From an uncultured Planctomycetia bacterium (GTDB lineage: Bacteria; Omnitrophota; Gorgyraeia; Duberdicusellales; 4484-171), in the NCBI GenBank assembly GCA_964489445.1, contig CAZAYU010000001.1:4394-68393 (forward strand): a stretch of DNA of 64,000 nt, in the 5' to 3' direction. Under the pieces are notes generated by a model that was not told the DNA's origin, made no database searches, and saw only the letters and a program-made list of their open reading frames with translations. Shown in pieces: positions 1 through 9,236 of this stretch. Position numbers and translations under genes: made by a program. The stretch's first letter is position 1; every line of letters begins with the position of its first letter.

Positions 1-1050
1 GGGTCTAAAGGCAATATAAAAGTTTCTTCAGCTGATCAAAAAAAAATCGGACTACTAGGAGCAAAATGGGCAGTCTCTAAAGGATTAGGCGTCAACGAAG
101 ACTTGGAATGCTGCGAAGAAAAAGGAGCAATCGCCAACGCTAATCCGGACAATGTATCTTCATATGCCTACTCAAGGGGTAAACAACAAATCGGAACTTT
201 AGGAAGCGGCAACCACTTTGTCGAAGTGCAAATAGTTGATAAGATTTTCAATAAACAGGCCGCAGAAACGTTTAATATTTCTGAAAACCAAATTGTAATT
301 ATGATTCACTCTGGATCAAGAGGATTCGGTTATCAAATCTGTGCCGACTATCTAAAAACAATGGCCAGCTGCCCAAGCAAATATAAAATTAATCTTCCGG
401 ATAGTCAGCTTGTCTGTGCTCCTTTGCATAGCACAGAGGCTAAGCAATATATTGGCGCAATGAACTCAGCCGCTAATTACGCCTGGGCAAATCGCCAGGC
501 ATTAACACATCTGGTTCGCTTTAGCTTTCAAAAACTATTTTCAAGCAGTTGGCAAAATATGAAAATGGATTTAATTTATGACGTGGCTCACAACATTGCT
601 AAATTTGAAACACACTCTATCGATAATAAACAAAAAACACTTTGTGTGCACCGTAAAGGAGCAACCCGCAGTTTAGGTCCAAATAATTGTCACTTGCCGA
701 AAAAATATTTATCTATCGGACAACCGGTAATTATTCCCGGAAGTATGGGGACAGCTTCGTATCTTCTCACCGGAACAAAACAAGCTGAAACAGAGACATT
801 CAGCTCAACTTCGCATGGAGCCGGCAGGGTAATGTCTCGCCACAAAGCTTTAAAAACAATAAATTTAGCCGCTTTAACCAGCGAATTAAGCAGAAAAAAA
901 ATCGAGCTAAGAGCAGCAAGTAAACGAATCATCGCAGAAGAAGCACCTTCTGCTTACAAAGATATTGACAGTATAGTTAATACTGTTAGCTTGGCAGGAT
1001 TATCTCAAAAAGTTTGTCGCATGCGCCCACTTTGCGTTTTGAAAGGCTAA
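1..1050 (+). CDS. rtcB: RtcB family RNA ligase, 5'-truncated by the window edge
   Basis: Frame is open from base 1. Motifs QIGTLGSGNHF, MIHSGSRGFG, DVAHN, HRKGAT, HGAGR and EEAPSAYKD are present. Confidence 0.95.
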   Translation, partial: GSKGNIKVSSADQKKIGLLGAKWAVSKGLGVNEDLECCEEKGAIANANPDNVSSYAYSRGKQQIGTLGSGNHFVEVQIVDKIFNKQAAETFNISENQIVIMIHSGSRGFGYQICADYLKTMASCPSKYKINLPDSQLVCAPLHSTEAKQYIGAMNSAANYAWANRQALTHLVRFSFQKLFSSSWQNMKMDLIYDVAHNIAKFETHSIDNKQKTLCVHRKGATRSLGPNNCHLPKKYLSIGQPVIIPGSMGTASYLLTGTKQAETETFSSTSHGAGRVMSRHKALKTINLAALTSELSRKKIELRAASKRIIAEEAPSAYKDIDSIVNTVSLAGLSQKVCRMRPLCVLKG

Positions 1051-1103
1051 AACACAAGTTAAAAGTTGCACGTTTAAATAATCAAAGTATAATAATAAAT
1101 ATT

Positions 1104-2372
1104 ATGGATATCAAAGCAATAAGACAAAATCCGGAGCATTTGCGCGAAGCTTTAAAAAAACGTAATTATTCCTTTGATCTTGATGCATTTTTAAAAGAGG
1201 ATGCCGAATACCGCAGGCTAATGAAGGAGATTGAGGAACTACGATCAGCTCAAAATAAAATCAGCAAAGAAATTCAACAACTGTTAAAAGAAAAAAAAGA
1301 CGCAGCTTCTAAAATAAGCCAAAATAAAGAACTACGACAGAAACTTGATTTACTCAAAAGTAGTTTTCGCTTGTTAGCCGAAAAGCATCAAGAAGACTGC
1401 TTAAGAATTCCGAACATCCCACATTCATCTACACCTGTTGGCAATGCTTCCTGTAATAAAATCATCAAACAAGTCAATTCGCCAATTAAGCTTGGCTTTA
1501 AACCATTAGATCATCTTCAGATTGGGCAAAACTTGCGATTAATCGACTTTGAGCGCGCCATAAAGCTATCTGGCTCAAACTTCGTTTTGTTTAAGGGATT
1601 AGGAGCCGCGCTGGAACGAGCTTTAATAAATTTTATGCTTGATTTACACACATCCATGCACGGATACACTGAGGTGTCTCCGCCGGTCTTAACGTTACAG
1701 CCTCCGATGGAAGGAACCGGACAACTTCCTAACCTTAAAGACGATATGTATAAAATAGAAGGGGATAACTTATATCTGATTCCTACTGCTGAAGTTCCGC
1801 TGACTAATATTCACCGAGAAGAAATTATAGAAGAAAACATGTTACCAATTAAATATGTTGGATACACAACATGCTTCAGAAGAGAAGCCGGCTCTTATGG
1901 AAAAGACACCCGCGGATTAATGCGCTTGCATCAATTTGATAAAATTGAGCTAGTTAAATTTACTAAGCCCGAAAACTCTTATCTTGAGTTGGAAATGCTG
2001 CTTACCGATGCTTGTCAGGTACTCAACTTGCTCAATTTGCCCTATCGGATATTAGTTCTTGCTTCTGAAGATATCAGCTTTGCCGCAGCTAAATGCTACG
2101 ATATCGAAGTTTACGCTCCGGGAATTGATAAATGGCTGGAAGTTTCCAGCTGCTCAAACTTTGAAGATTTCCAGGCTCGACGGGCTAACATTCGTTACAA
2201 GCAAAAAGATAGCAAAAAGAATGAATACTTACACACTTTAAACGGCTCCGGCTTAGCGCTGCCCAGACTGGTAATTGCTATACTAGAGAACTACCAACAA
2301 GAAGATGGCTCTGTGCTTATTCCGGAAGCATTAAAAAAATATTTCAATGGAAGAGAGAGAATTAAAAAATAA
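1104..2372 (+). CDS. serS: Serine--tRNA ligase
   Basis: MDIKAIRQNP N-terminus with coiled coil, LIPTAEVP, FRREAGSYG, HQFDKIE, EVSSCSN and HTLNGSGLA. Start placed at ATG 1104. Confidence 0.97.
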   Translation: MDIKAIRQNPEHLREALKKRNYSFDLDAFLKEDAEYRRLMKEIEELRSAQNKISKEIQQLLKEKKDAASKISQNKELRQKLDLLKSSFRLLAEKHQEDCLRIPNIPHSSTPVGNASCNKIIKQVNSPIKLGFKPLDHLQIGQNLRLIDFERAIKLSGSNFVLFKGLGAALERALINFMLDLHTSMHGYTEVSPPVLTLQPPMEGTGQLPNLKDDMYKIEGDNLYLIPTAEVPLTNIHREEIIEENMLPIKYVGYTTCFRREAGSYGKDTRGLMRLHQFDKIELVKFTKPENSYLELEMLLTDACQVLNLLNLPYRILVLASEDISFAAAKCYDIEVYAPGIDKWLEVSSCSNFEDFQARRANIRYKQKDSKKNEYLHTLNGSGLALPRLVIAILENYQQEDGSVLIPEALKKYFNGRERIKK

Positions 2373-2934
2373 CTACATTTTCACTTTAATTAAGCTTATT
2401 CTATTTTTAATAATCTTTTGTTTTTTAACAAAGATAAGCCAGTCATTCTGGGAAATGATAAGTTCAAAAGAAAACCATGCAGCCGATACATTAGTTTTAT
2501 CAGTAATATCTTTATTTGGATTTTATGCTTTCTTCTCCGATTTAAATGGATTCTATAAAAAAATTCAAAATTTCTTTTTCCGCTCATCATTCTTCTCTTA
2601 TCTAGTTCCTTCGTTAATTGTTGTTTTAGGAGTCGGATATTTTTTCCTTCCAAAAATATTTAATTTTAATTTTAACAAACAAATATTCACATTTTTAGGC
2701 GGCTTTTGTCTAACCGGCCACCTGGTATTTATTGCCCGCGACACAAAAGGGCATAACTTTAACACCTTCAGCAACTATTTATTTATATTTAGCATTCTGT
2801 ATATTTTGAATTTATTTATCTTTATTTTGTATTTAAAAGTTGCTTACCCTCTTAACATTGGAGAGATTATCTCCGAAGGGGTAAGAGGAGGAGCTCAGCT
2901 GATACAAGTAATCTTTACACAAGCTTTTCGATAG
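2347..2934 (+). CDS. Hypothetical integral membrane protein
   Basis: 195 aa with about 5 hydrophobic segments; overlaps the serS end. Confidence 0.7.
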   Translation: MEERELKNNYIFTLIKLILFLIIFCFLTKISQSFWEMISSKENHAADTLVLSVISLFGFYAFFSDLNGFYKKIQNFFFRSSFFSYLVPSLIVVLGVGYFFLPKIFNFNFNKQIFTFLGGFCLTGHLVFIARDTKGHNFNTFSNYLFIFSILYILNLFIFILYLKVAYPLNIGEIISEGVRGGAQLIQVIFTQAFR

Positions 2935-2981
2935 AGCGTGGTAGAATAATTTAAGTCACTAAAAAAAGGGGGAGGAGAAGA

Positions 2982-3407
2982 ATGAAAAAGCCAAGGCTTT
3001 CATTTATTTGGGGAATGATTATGTTTATATTGGTAGCTGGAATTTACGCCGGCGGTTATCTTTTTTATAAAGACTACACGGAAAAAGTCGCTCATTTTGT
3101 CTCTCAAAATAAATACATCAACGGATACATTGCCCGAAAAAGCTCAACTCTTCAAAATAACTTAAGAAAATTAGAAAGCACATTAGATGAATTAAAAACA
3201 GCTAACACTCGCGAACAAAAAAGAATTTTAACTAGAGTTGATACGATCACCGAAGAGATTCAAGAATGGAAAGATGAATATACTACTTCTCTAGATGAAA
3301 TAAAAGAAAATTATTCTTCTTCCGTAGAGAGATTACAAACAAACATTGAACAACTTAAAAATATTGATTTAGGCGAAATATCCGTAAAAAAGAATATTAA
3401 AGAATAG
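2982..3407 (+). CDS. Membrane-anchored coiled-coil hypothetical protein
   Basis: GGAGGAG RBS, N-terminal TM helix, charged heptad-like C-terminus. Confidence 0.75.
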   Translation: MKKPRLSFIWGMIMFILVAGIYAGGYLFYKDYTEKVAHFVSQNKYINGYIARKSSTLQNNLRKLESTLDELKTANTREQKRILTRVDTITEEIQEWKDEYTTSLDEIKENYSSSVERLQTNIEQLKNIDLGEISVKKNIKE

Positions 3408-3409
3408 AA

Positions 3410-3721
3410 TTAAGGAATTAAGTAGCTAGCAATTGCTTCTTTAGCCCCGGGGGTTGTGGATGCCAGTTCAATTGCTTTTCCTCCGGTATCTGCGGTTTTT
3501 CCTACTGCCTCGGCAATTTTACCTATGGCGTTTCCGCCGCTGCAGATAACCTTTCCTGTACCTTCAGCAATTTTCCCCGTAACATTAATCGCTGTTTCAA
3601 TAGTTCCTATTGCGCAACCGGCAAGCTTAGTGAATGCACATCCGTTTATAAATATCAGGCTTAATACTATAAACTTAAGTGTTATATTTTTCACAAGCGG
3701 AGTATAACATATTTTTCCCAA
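3410..3721 (-). CDS. Small putative lipoprotein
   Basis: Lipobox-like INGC followed by Gly/Ala/Thr-rich GK repeats. Exact start uncertain. Confidence 0.6.
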   Translation of the reverse strand: MGKICYTPLVKNITLKFIVLSLIFINGCAFTKLAGCAIGTIETAINVTGKIAEGTGKVICSGGNAIGKIAEAVGKTADTGGKAIELASTTPGAKEAIASYLIP

Positions 3722-3798
3722 AAAAACACTCTCATCTTATTTTACTTGGAGTTTATTCGAAAATAACGTATAATACATATCTAAAAAAGGAGGAAAAG

Positions 3799-4137
3799 AT
3801 GAAGCAGTTGTTGATTATTTTTCTGTTAGCAGTCAGCCTAAACATTACCGCATTTACTGCAGATAATGCAAATTCCGTTGATGAGGCAATTAAAGCATCT
3901 AGTAGTATGGATTCGGCTAAAGATAAGATTACTTATCTAATCAGCCAGGCAAACTCATTATATAATTCAAAGCAGTTCGAACAAGTAGTCCAAATCGCTC
4001 AATACATTTTACAGCATATTGACAAGAATTCTGCGCCAGCAAAAAGCCTTCTTGCAAAAGCTAAAGATGCATTAATGCAAGGTGCGCAAAGTGCACTGCC
4101 GAATGTAACCAAAGGCCGTACAAGTTTTGGTAAGTAA
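3799..4137 (+). CDS. Secreted hypothetical protein
   Basis: AAGGAGG RBS before ATG 3799; signal peptide MKQLLIIFLLAVSLNITAFTA. Confidence 0.75.
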   Translation: MKQLLIIFLLAVSLNITAFTADNANSVDEAIKASSSMDSAKDKITYLISQANSLYNSKQFEQVVQIAQYILQHIDKNSAPAKSLLAKAKDALMQGAQSALPNVTKGRTSFGK

Positions 4138-4154
4138 AAAAGGGGAGCATACGA

Positions 4155-4376
4155 CATAAAGATTTCTCATCCCGTGTTGCGGGATTCGAAATCCATTTTT
4201 CCTGATAATTTGCACAATAGAAATGTTCTCGAACTCAATGAAGTTGAGTGAGAGATCTGGTGTACACATTTAGAATAATGACCCCGAGCAAAGCGAGGGG
4301 TGTAAGGCATAAAGATTTCTCATCCCGTGTTGCGGGATTCGAAATCCATTTTTCCTGATAATTTGCACAATAGAAA
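4155..4376 (+). repeat. Exact 69-bp direct repeat (4155-4223 and 4308-4376) enclosing two small palindromes
   Basis: cataaagatttctcatcccgtgttgcgggattcgaaatccatttttcctgataatttgcacaatagaaa occurs twice. The second copy ends 3 bp before tRNA-Ser. Confidence 0.95.
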
Positions 4377-4379
4377 AAT

Positions 4380-4468
4380 GGAGGGGTGGCCGAGTCCGGT
4401 TTAAGGCGGCGGTCTTGAAAACCGTTGTGGGGTTAAACTCACCGGGGGTTCAAATCCTCTCCCCTCCG
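4380..4468 (+). tRNA. tRNA-Ser(UGA)
   Basis: GGAGGGG/CCCCTCC acceptor stem, anticodon loop CTTGAAA, long variable arm, T-loop GGTTCAAATCC. CCA is not encoded. Confidence 0.95.
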
Positions 4469-4485
4469 TTTTTATTTAAACATTT

Positions 4486-4520
4486 AACCCCTTGTAGCTA
4501 TTATAGTTGCAAGGGGTTTT
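4486..4520 (+). terminator. Hairpin / intrinsic terminator after tRNA-Ser
   Basis: aaccccttgtagcta-t-tatagttgcaaggggtttt is a long inverted repeat ending in a T run. Confidence 0.7.
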
Positions 4521-4572
4521 GTAATCATACAACAATAGTCAAAAATCACGACAAACTAATAGAGGGAGTATT

Positions 4573-5130
4573 ATGGAAAAAAAAGATATTCTAGTCCGAG
4601 AGAGCGAAATCAACGATTTTAATGAAATTATGGAAGTTGAAGAACGGGCATTTGGCAATGTGAAAGAAGCTAAATTAACGGCGGATCTACTGAAAGATAA
4701 AACTGCTGAGCCGATCCTTTCACTACTTGCGTTTGATAATGACAAAGCTGTTGGATATATTTTATTTACAAGAGTGTATATTAATGAGATGACAAAAACG
4801 CAGCCATTAGCATATATCCTTGCACCTTTAGCTATTTTGCCTGAATATCAAAAACAAGGAATAGGAGGGTTGTTAATTAACGAAGGACTAAAAAGGCTAA
4901 AAGAAAAAGGTTCTGAAATGGTTTTTGTTTTAGGACATATGAAATATTATCCAAAGTTTGGCTTTATTCCAGATGCAAAGAAAATAGGCTTTTCTGCACC
5001 ATATCCAATTCCTGAAAAACATGCAAATGCATGGATGGTTCAATCACTGAATGCAGATGGATTTATATTGGGCAAAGGGAGAGTGGTATGTGCTGATGGA
5101 TTGAATAAATCGGAACATTGGAGAGAATAA
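4573..5130 (+). CDS. GNAT family N-acetyltransferase (YhbS-like)
   Basis: LAPLAILPEYQKQGIGGLLI acetyl-CoA motif and VLGHMKYYPKFGF. Confidence 0.9.
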   Translation: MEKKDILVRESEINDFNEIMEVEERAFGNVKEAKLTADLLKDKTAEPILSLLAFDNDKAVGYILFTRVYINEMTKTQPLAYILAPLAILPEYQKQGIGGLLINEGLKRLKEKGSEMVFVLGHMKYYPKFGFIPDAKKIGFSAPYPIPEKHANAWMVQSLNADGFILGKGRVVCADGLNKSEHWRE

Positions 5131-5248
5131 GCAAAACATCCCATTAAATGATTATAACATTATTCTAGATGTATTTTATACATTAAGAGTTGCGAAACCT
5201 GTCCAATAATGTGCCCATTTCGTGCCCCAGAATACAAATGAAAAATTA

Positions 5249-5269
5249 GTTTGAGTCCTACGCGAGGAG
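5249..5269 (+). other. Isolated tRNA 3'-end-like fragment, possible att-site relic
   Basis: gtttgagtcctacgcgaggag resembles a T-arm plus acceptor 3' strand. It is preceded by a gtgccca/gtgcccc tandem and followed by a hairpin at about 5308-5342. Confidence 0.45.
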
Positions 5270-5482
5270 TTTTTTTGAAAATCCGAACTTTTTATTGGAT
5301 TAGAAATAAGCCCCAGTTACAAAAATGTAGTTGAGGTTTTTTGTTTATTCAGGAATATGAGATTATATATATGCGATGGAATATTCTTTGATATAATATG
5401 GAGAAGTATTTTTGGGTTAGAATGCTAGCCCTATTATTAAAAGGGCGGTTCATGATCAGCCTCTACAAACGATGGAGAGAGT

Positions 5483-6382
5483 ATGAAACAACACAGAATC
5501 TTTAGGTTATTACTTTTAATAATTCTTTTGATGGGTGGGCTCGGACTTTCGCCTGTCCTTGCGCAGGCCGGTCCTCATCAGAACGTTGAGACGATCAAAA
5601 TAGCGGCCTCTGTTGATGGTATAGAGATCAATTATTATGAGTATGGGCAAAAGGGGCCAATACTCGTGTTCGTTCACGGATGGAGTTGCGACGCGAGCTA
5701 CTGGAGAGAGCAGGTCGAGTATTTCAAGGAGAAGTATCACGTGGTTCTGATCGATCTGGCTGGGCATGGTCGTTCTGGGAGTAAGCGTGAGAATTATACC
5801 ATGGAAGCTTTTGGCCAAGATGTGAAGGCTGTTGTCGAAAGTATCGGGACAGAGAAGGTGGTTTTGATCGGTCATTCCATGGGTGTCCTTGTGATCGCAG
5901 AGGCGGCCCGCTTGATGTCAGAGAAGACTATTGGATTGGTCGCGGTTGATGATCTTCAGAATGTGGAATATCCCCTGGGGGAAGAACAGTTCAAGGAGAT
6001 GACCACACCATTCAAAGAAGATTTCAAGCAAGGTGTAAGAGGTTTTGTTGTAGACATGCTGCGTTCTGATAACTCGCCGGTCAATGAATGGGTGGTCTCT
6101 GACATGTCTTTAGCTGACCCCAAGGTTGCGGTCAGTGCAATGAACGGATCATTAGGTGGGTATCTGACAGGTGATGTGGCCAAGTTGTTCGATGAGTTGG
6201 ATGTTCCGGTTGTGGCTGTGAACACCGACCTTTGGCCAACAGATGTCGAAGCGAACAGACGGCACATAAAGGACTTTGAACTGATCGAGTTGGACGGACT
6301 GGATCATTTTCTGATGCTTAAAGCGCCTGAGCGTTTTAACCCCGCGCTTGAACAAGCTGTTAAAATGATACTCAAGAAATAA
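5483..6382 (+). CDS. Secreted alpha/beta hydrolase
   Basis: Signal peptide, VHGW oxyanion motif, GHSMG nucleophile, C-terminal DHF. Visibly more GC-rich than neighbouring genes. Confidence 0.9.
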   Translation: MKQHRIFRLLLLIILLMGGLGLSPVLAQAGPHQNVETIKIAASVDGIEINYYEYGQKGPILVFVHGWSCDASYWREQVEYFKEKYHVVLIDLAGHGRSGSKRENYTMEAFGQDVKAVVESIGTEKVVLIGHSMGVLVIAEAARLMSEKTIGLVAVDDLQNVEYPLGEEQFKEMTTPFKEDFKQGVRGFVVDMLRSDNSPVNEWVVSDMSLADPKVAVSAMNGSLGGYLTGDVAKLFDELDVPVVAVNTDLWPTDVEANRRHIKDFELIELDGLDHFLMLKAPERFNPALEQAVKMILKK

Positions 6383-6547
6383 AAAAGAAAGCGCTTATGA
6401 GGTGGATATGAATAAGACAATGAAGGGGCCAGACCCCTTTTCTTGCATTAAACAATTTCACCTGACATTAATCGCTTTTCCCTTGATAATAACGTCAATA
6501 CGCTATAATCATTGATAGTAAAGGAGGATTGAGGAATGACCTAAAGG

Positions 6548-6567
6548 AATCCTCTCCCCTCCGTTTT
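6548..6567 (+). repeat. 20-bp direct repeat of the tRNA-Ser 3' end (att-like)
   Basis: aatcctctcccctccgtttt is identical to 4453-4472. Confidence 0.9.
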
Positions 6568-6639
6568 AATTTTTTCTTCGAAAAAAAGAAAACGGACCTC
6601 GAACGAAGTGAGAGGTCTTGTGAATCAACTTCTTCGAAA

Positions 6640-7054
6640 AAAGACAACGAATTCTGGCGAGACACCGCCCGAATCAGAGTCCGTAAAGATATTTTATCGA
6701 TATCCAGAGGCGAGAAGGTAAATAGCTTTTCACAATTTGCATCAATCCACCTCTTTAAAACGGCTAATTGTTCCATTGTTTTCTCGGTAATAACTATTTT
6801 CTAGGACCGTCAAAATTCCCGGTGTGAATTTTTCCTGGCACTTCAGTTTTAAAAATCTCTTCCCTTAACAGGTTCGAGATACCGTGCTTTTAAAGTCTCA
6901 GAGAGCCTCCTTTTAAAATTGTTATTGCCTCCAAGACGTGGGGGAAAGAATAGAGGGGTTAGTAGGACAGTAATTTGCGCATTAAATATACTCTTGTGTG
7001 TTCCTTAGATTTGATGTATATTTTTGTTAGGGTGCAATTAAGTAAGACGTTTGT
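6640..7054 (+). repeat. Conserved inter-module spacer, copy 1 (lacks the leading R site, ends in an L site)
   Basis: 6676-6843 matches 8929-9096 at 164/168 by eye. The 3' half is homologous to 11121-11324 and 12756-12959. Inverted 26-bp site at 7029-7054 (19/26). Confidence 0.92.
6994..7022 (+). promoter_or_regulatory. Putative sigma70 promoter in spacer copy 1
   Basis: TTGTGT-N17-TATATT, conserved at 11294-11322 and 12929-12957. Confidence 0.5.
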
Positions 7055-7183
7055 GGTTTTCTGCTACTGTTTTTAAAATTAAAATAGATGAGTTGGTGGG
7101 GAGAAACAAGTAGGTTTCTGGTGGTAACTTTTTATGATAGGAGTTGCTTTTTATTTTTAAAAGGGGATTAGCAAAGGAAAAGT

Positions 7184-7209
7184 AAGGTGTACCTAAATAG
7201 GACATCTGT
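7184..7209 (-). repeat. 26-bp site, inverted (L) orientation
   Basis: aaggtgtacctaaataggacatctgt matches the reverse complement of ccagacgtcctatttaggtacaccct at 23/26. Confidence 0.9.
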
Positions 7210-7247
7210 AGTATCACTAATAGGACAAGCGAAATAATTTAACTCAA

Positions 7248-8741
7248 TTGAAAAAACAAAAAGTTATATCCTTCCTTGTTGGTTTATTTTTTGTTATTTT
7301 ATGTCTTGAAACAGGACTAAGAATAGTCGGATGGATTTACCAAGATAAAACCAGAAATATTGATTTTCCAGCCACTAAGAAAGATGGTCAATACACCATA
7401 TTATGTTTGGGTGATTCCTTTACTTATGGATTAGGAGCCCCTGAAGGTAAAGACTACCCTAGACGACTGGAAGATCTACTTAAGACCAGGCTAAAAAAAG
7501 AAAAAATTAAAGTTATTAACTACGGTCGGGCAGGAAAAAACACAGCATACATTCTAGATAAGACGCAATATATTATAAATAAGCAAAAACCGGATTTAAT
7601 TATTTTTCTAGCAGGATCAGCCAATATTTGGGATTTATCCGGATATAAAACATATCTGGAAAAAATAAATTTTGCTTCATGGACACTTGAACAATTATAT
7701 AATCTTCGTATTTTTAAATTGATAAAACTTTCAATCTTAAACATAAAGAAGAATAAAGTAAATAAACTGCTTTTAAAAACTGACAAACACATCTCTGCTA
7801 ACTCGGAATTAAAAAATAGCGATATAAAATTTTTAAAGGGCCAAATAAAAAAATATCCAAATATAGGGGTTAACTACGCTAAACTGGGAAGGATCTACTT
7901 CAAACAAAACGATCCTGAAAAGGCTCTAACGTATTTCAAAAAAGGAATTGCTGCCGCCCCCAATACTATTGATAGCTACTACAACATGGGGCAAATCTAT
8001 CTTAGAATGCATAAAAGAGAAAAAGCATTGGAGTGGTTTAGAAAAACAGCTGTTTTGTTTCCAAATAATGCGAAAAATTGCACAATCATCGGACGGATTC
8101 TCAAGAATCAACAAAAATACCAAGAGGCAAGAGAATGGTTCAAAAAAGCACTAAAAATAAATCCAAAATCAGGGGAGGCTTATTGCGGTATGGCTTGGAC
8201 TTACGGACAAAATAGTGAGTTTGAAACAGCAATAGAATGGTTCAAAAAGGGAACTATTGCTGATCCAAACAGCATTGACAATTACTACGGTTTAGGACAA
8301 ATTTATCGTGCCCAGCATAAATATGATGAAGGACTAGCATTTTTCCAATCAGTCAATACAAAATGCTCGGAAGTAAAACAATTTATCAGAATTTTTGAAA
8401 AAAAAGAAAAATATACCCGTGAAATAACAAATTGGATAGAATCAGACACCCGAGGTATTATTGAGATATGCGTCAAAAACAATATTCCTATAATTTTACA
8501 AAATTATCCAGAAAAATACGAGGGGTTCGATTGGAGTAGTATTTTCAATAATATTGCCAAACAATACTCCCTTCCTATAGTAGACCAATATCAATCTTTT
8601 AATGAGTTATGGAAACAAGGAGAAAAAAGAGATGATTACTTTGTTCAAGACGGACATTGTAATGCTAAAGGATATGCTGCAATGGCAAAAAACGTATACG
8701 ATAAAATAATAGAATTAAAATTAATTGATAAACTTAATTAA
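7248..8741 (+). CDS. Membrane-anchored SGNH/GDSL hydrolase with internal TPR repeats
   Basis: TM helix, LCLGDSFTYG (block I), about 4-5 TPR repeats, C-terminal DGHCNAKGY (DxH block V). TTG start. Confidence 0.85.
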   Translation: MKKQKVISFLVGLFFVILCLETGLRIVGWIYQDKTRNIDFPATKKDGQYTILCLGDSFTYGLGAPEGKDYPRRLEDLLKTRLKKEKIKVINYGRAGKNTAYILDKTQYIINKQKPDLIIFLAGSANIWDLSGYKTYLEKINFASWTLEQLYNLRIFKLIKLSILNIKKNKVNKLLLKTDKHISANSELKNSDIKFLKGQIKKYPNIGVNYAKLGRIYFKQNDPEKALTYFKKGIAAAPNTIDSYYNMGQIYLRMHKREKALEWFRKTAVLFPNNAKNCTIIGRILKNQQKYQEAREWFKKALKINPKSGEAYCGMAWTYGQNSEFETAIEWFKKGTIADPNSIDNYYGLGQIYRAQHKYDEGLAFFQSVNTKCSEVKQFIRIFEKKEKYTREITNWIESDTRGIIEICVKNNIPIILQNYPEKYEGFDWSSIFNNIAKQYSLPIVDQYQSFNELWKQGEKRDDYFVQDGHCNAKGYAAMAKNVYDKIIELKLIDKLN

Positions 8742-8860
8742 CAAAACTCACTATCCAAATACTCAAAATCTGATATACAATCATTTAACTACTTATCGTA
8801 TTCCATAAAAACATTATAATATCATTTGAAAAAGCCTTAAAACTGCTAAAATTAGATTTG

Positions 8861-9096
8861 CCAGACGTCCTATTTAGTACACCCTGCCATTAAAGACAAC
8901 GGACTCTGACGAGGCACCGCCACGAGTTAGAGTCCGTAAAGATATTTTATCGATATCCAGAGGCGAGAGGGTAAATAGCTTTTCACAATTTGCATTAATT
9001 CACCTCTTTAAAACGGCTAATTGTTCCATTGTTTTCTCGGTAATAACTATTTTCTAGGACCGTCAAAATTCCCGGCGTGAATTTTTCCTGGCACTT
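8861..9096 (+). repeat. R site (8861-8885) plus spacer copy 2 (5' half only)
   Basis: ccagacgtcctatttagtacaccct (1-nt deletion versus consensus), followed by sequence nearly identical to 6676-6843. Confidence 0.92.
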
Positions 9097-9112
9097 TGGC
9101 TTTAAATCTTTC

Positions 9113-9141
9113 TTGACAGTTTTTTTGATCCGCGTTAGTAT
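9113..9141 (+). promoter_or_regulatory. Putative sigma70 promoter
   Basis: TTGACA-N17-TAGTAT. Confidence 0.6.
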
Positions 9142-9197
9142 ATAGTTAATTAGTTAAGTCCCGAGTTAGAGGAATAAATCCCGGACTTTAAAAAAGT

Positions 9198-9236
9198 AAA
9201 ACCTTCACTGGAAACGGTGAGGGATTTTTTATTTTT
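9198..9236 (+). terminator. Terminator-like hairpin in the leader of the TPR gene
   Basis: ccttcactg-GAAA-cggtgaggg followed by T runs, just upstream of the RBS. Confidence 0.6.

Noticed and set aside
6529-6804. 91-aa plus-strand ORF
   Set aside because: It spans the att repeat, hairpin and spacer, has a weak start, and is not preserved in other spacer copies.
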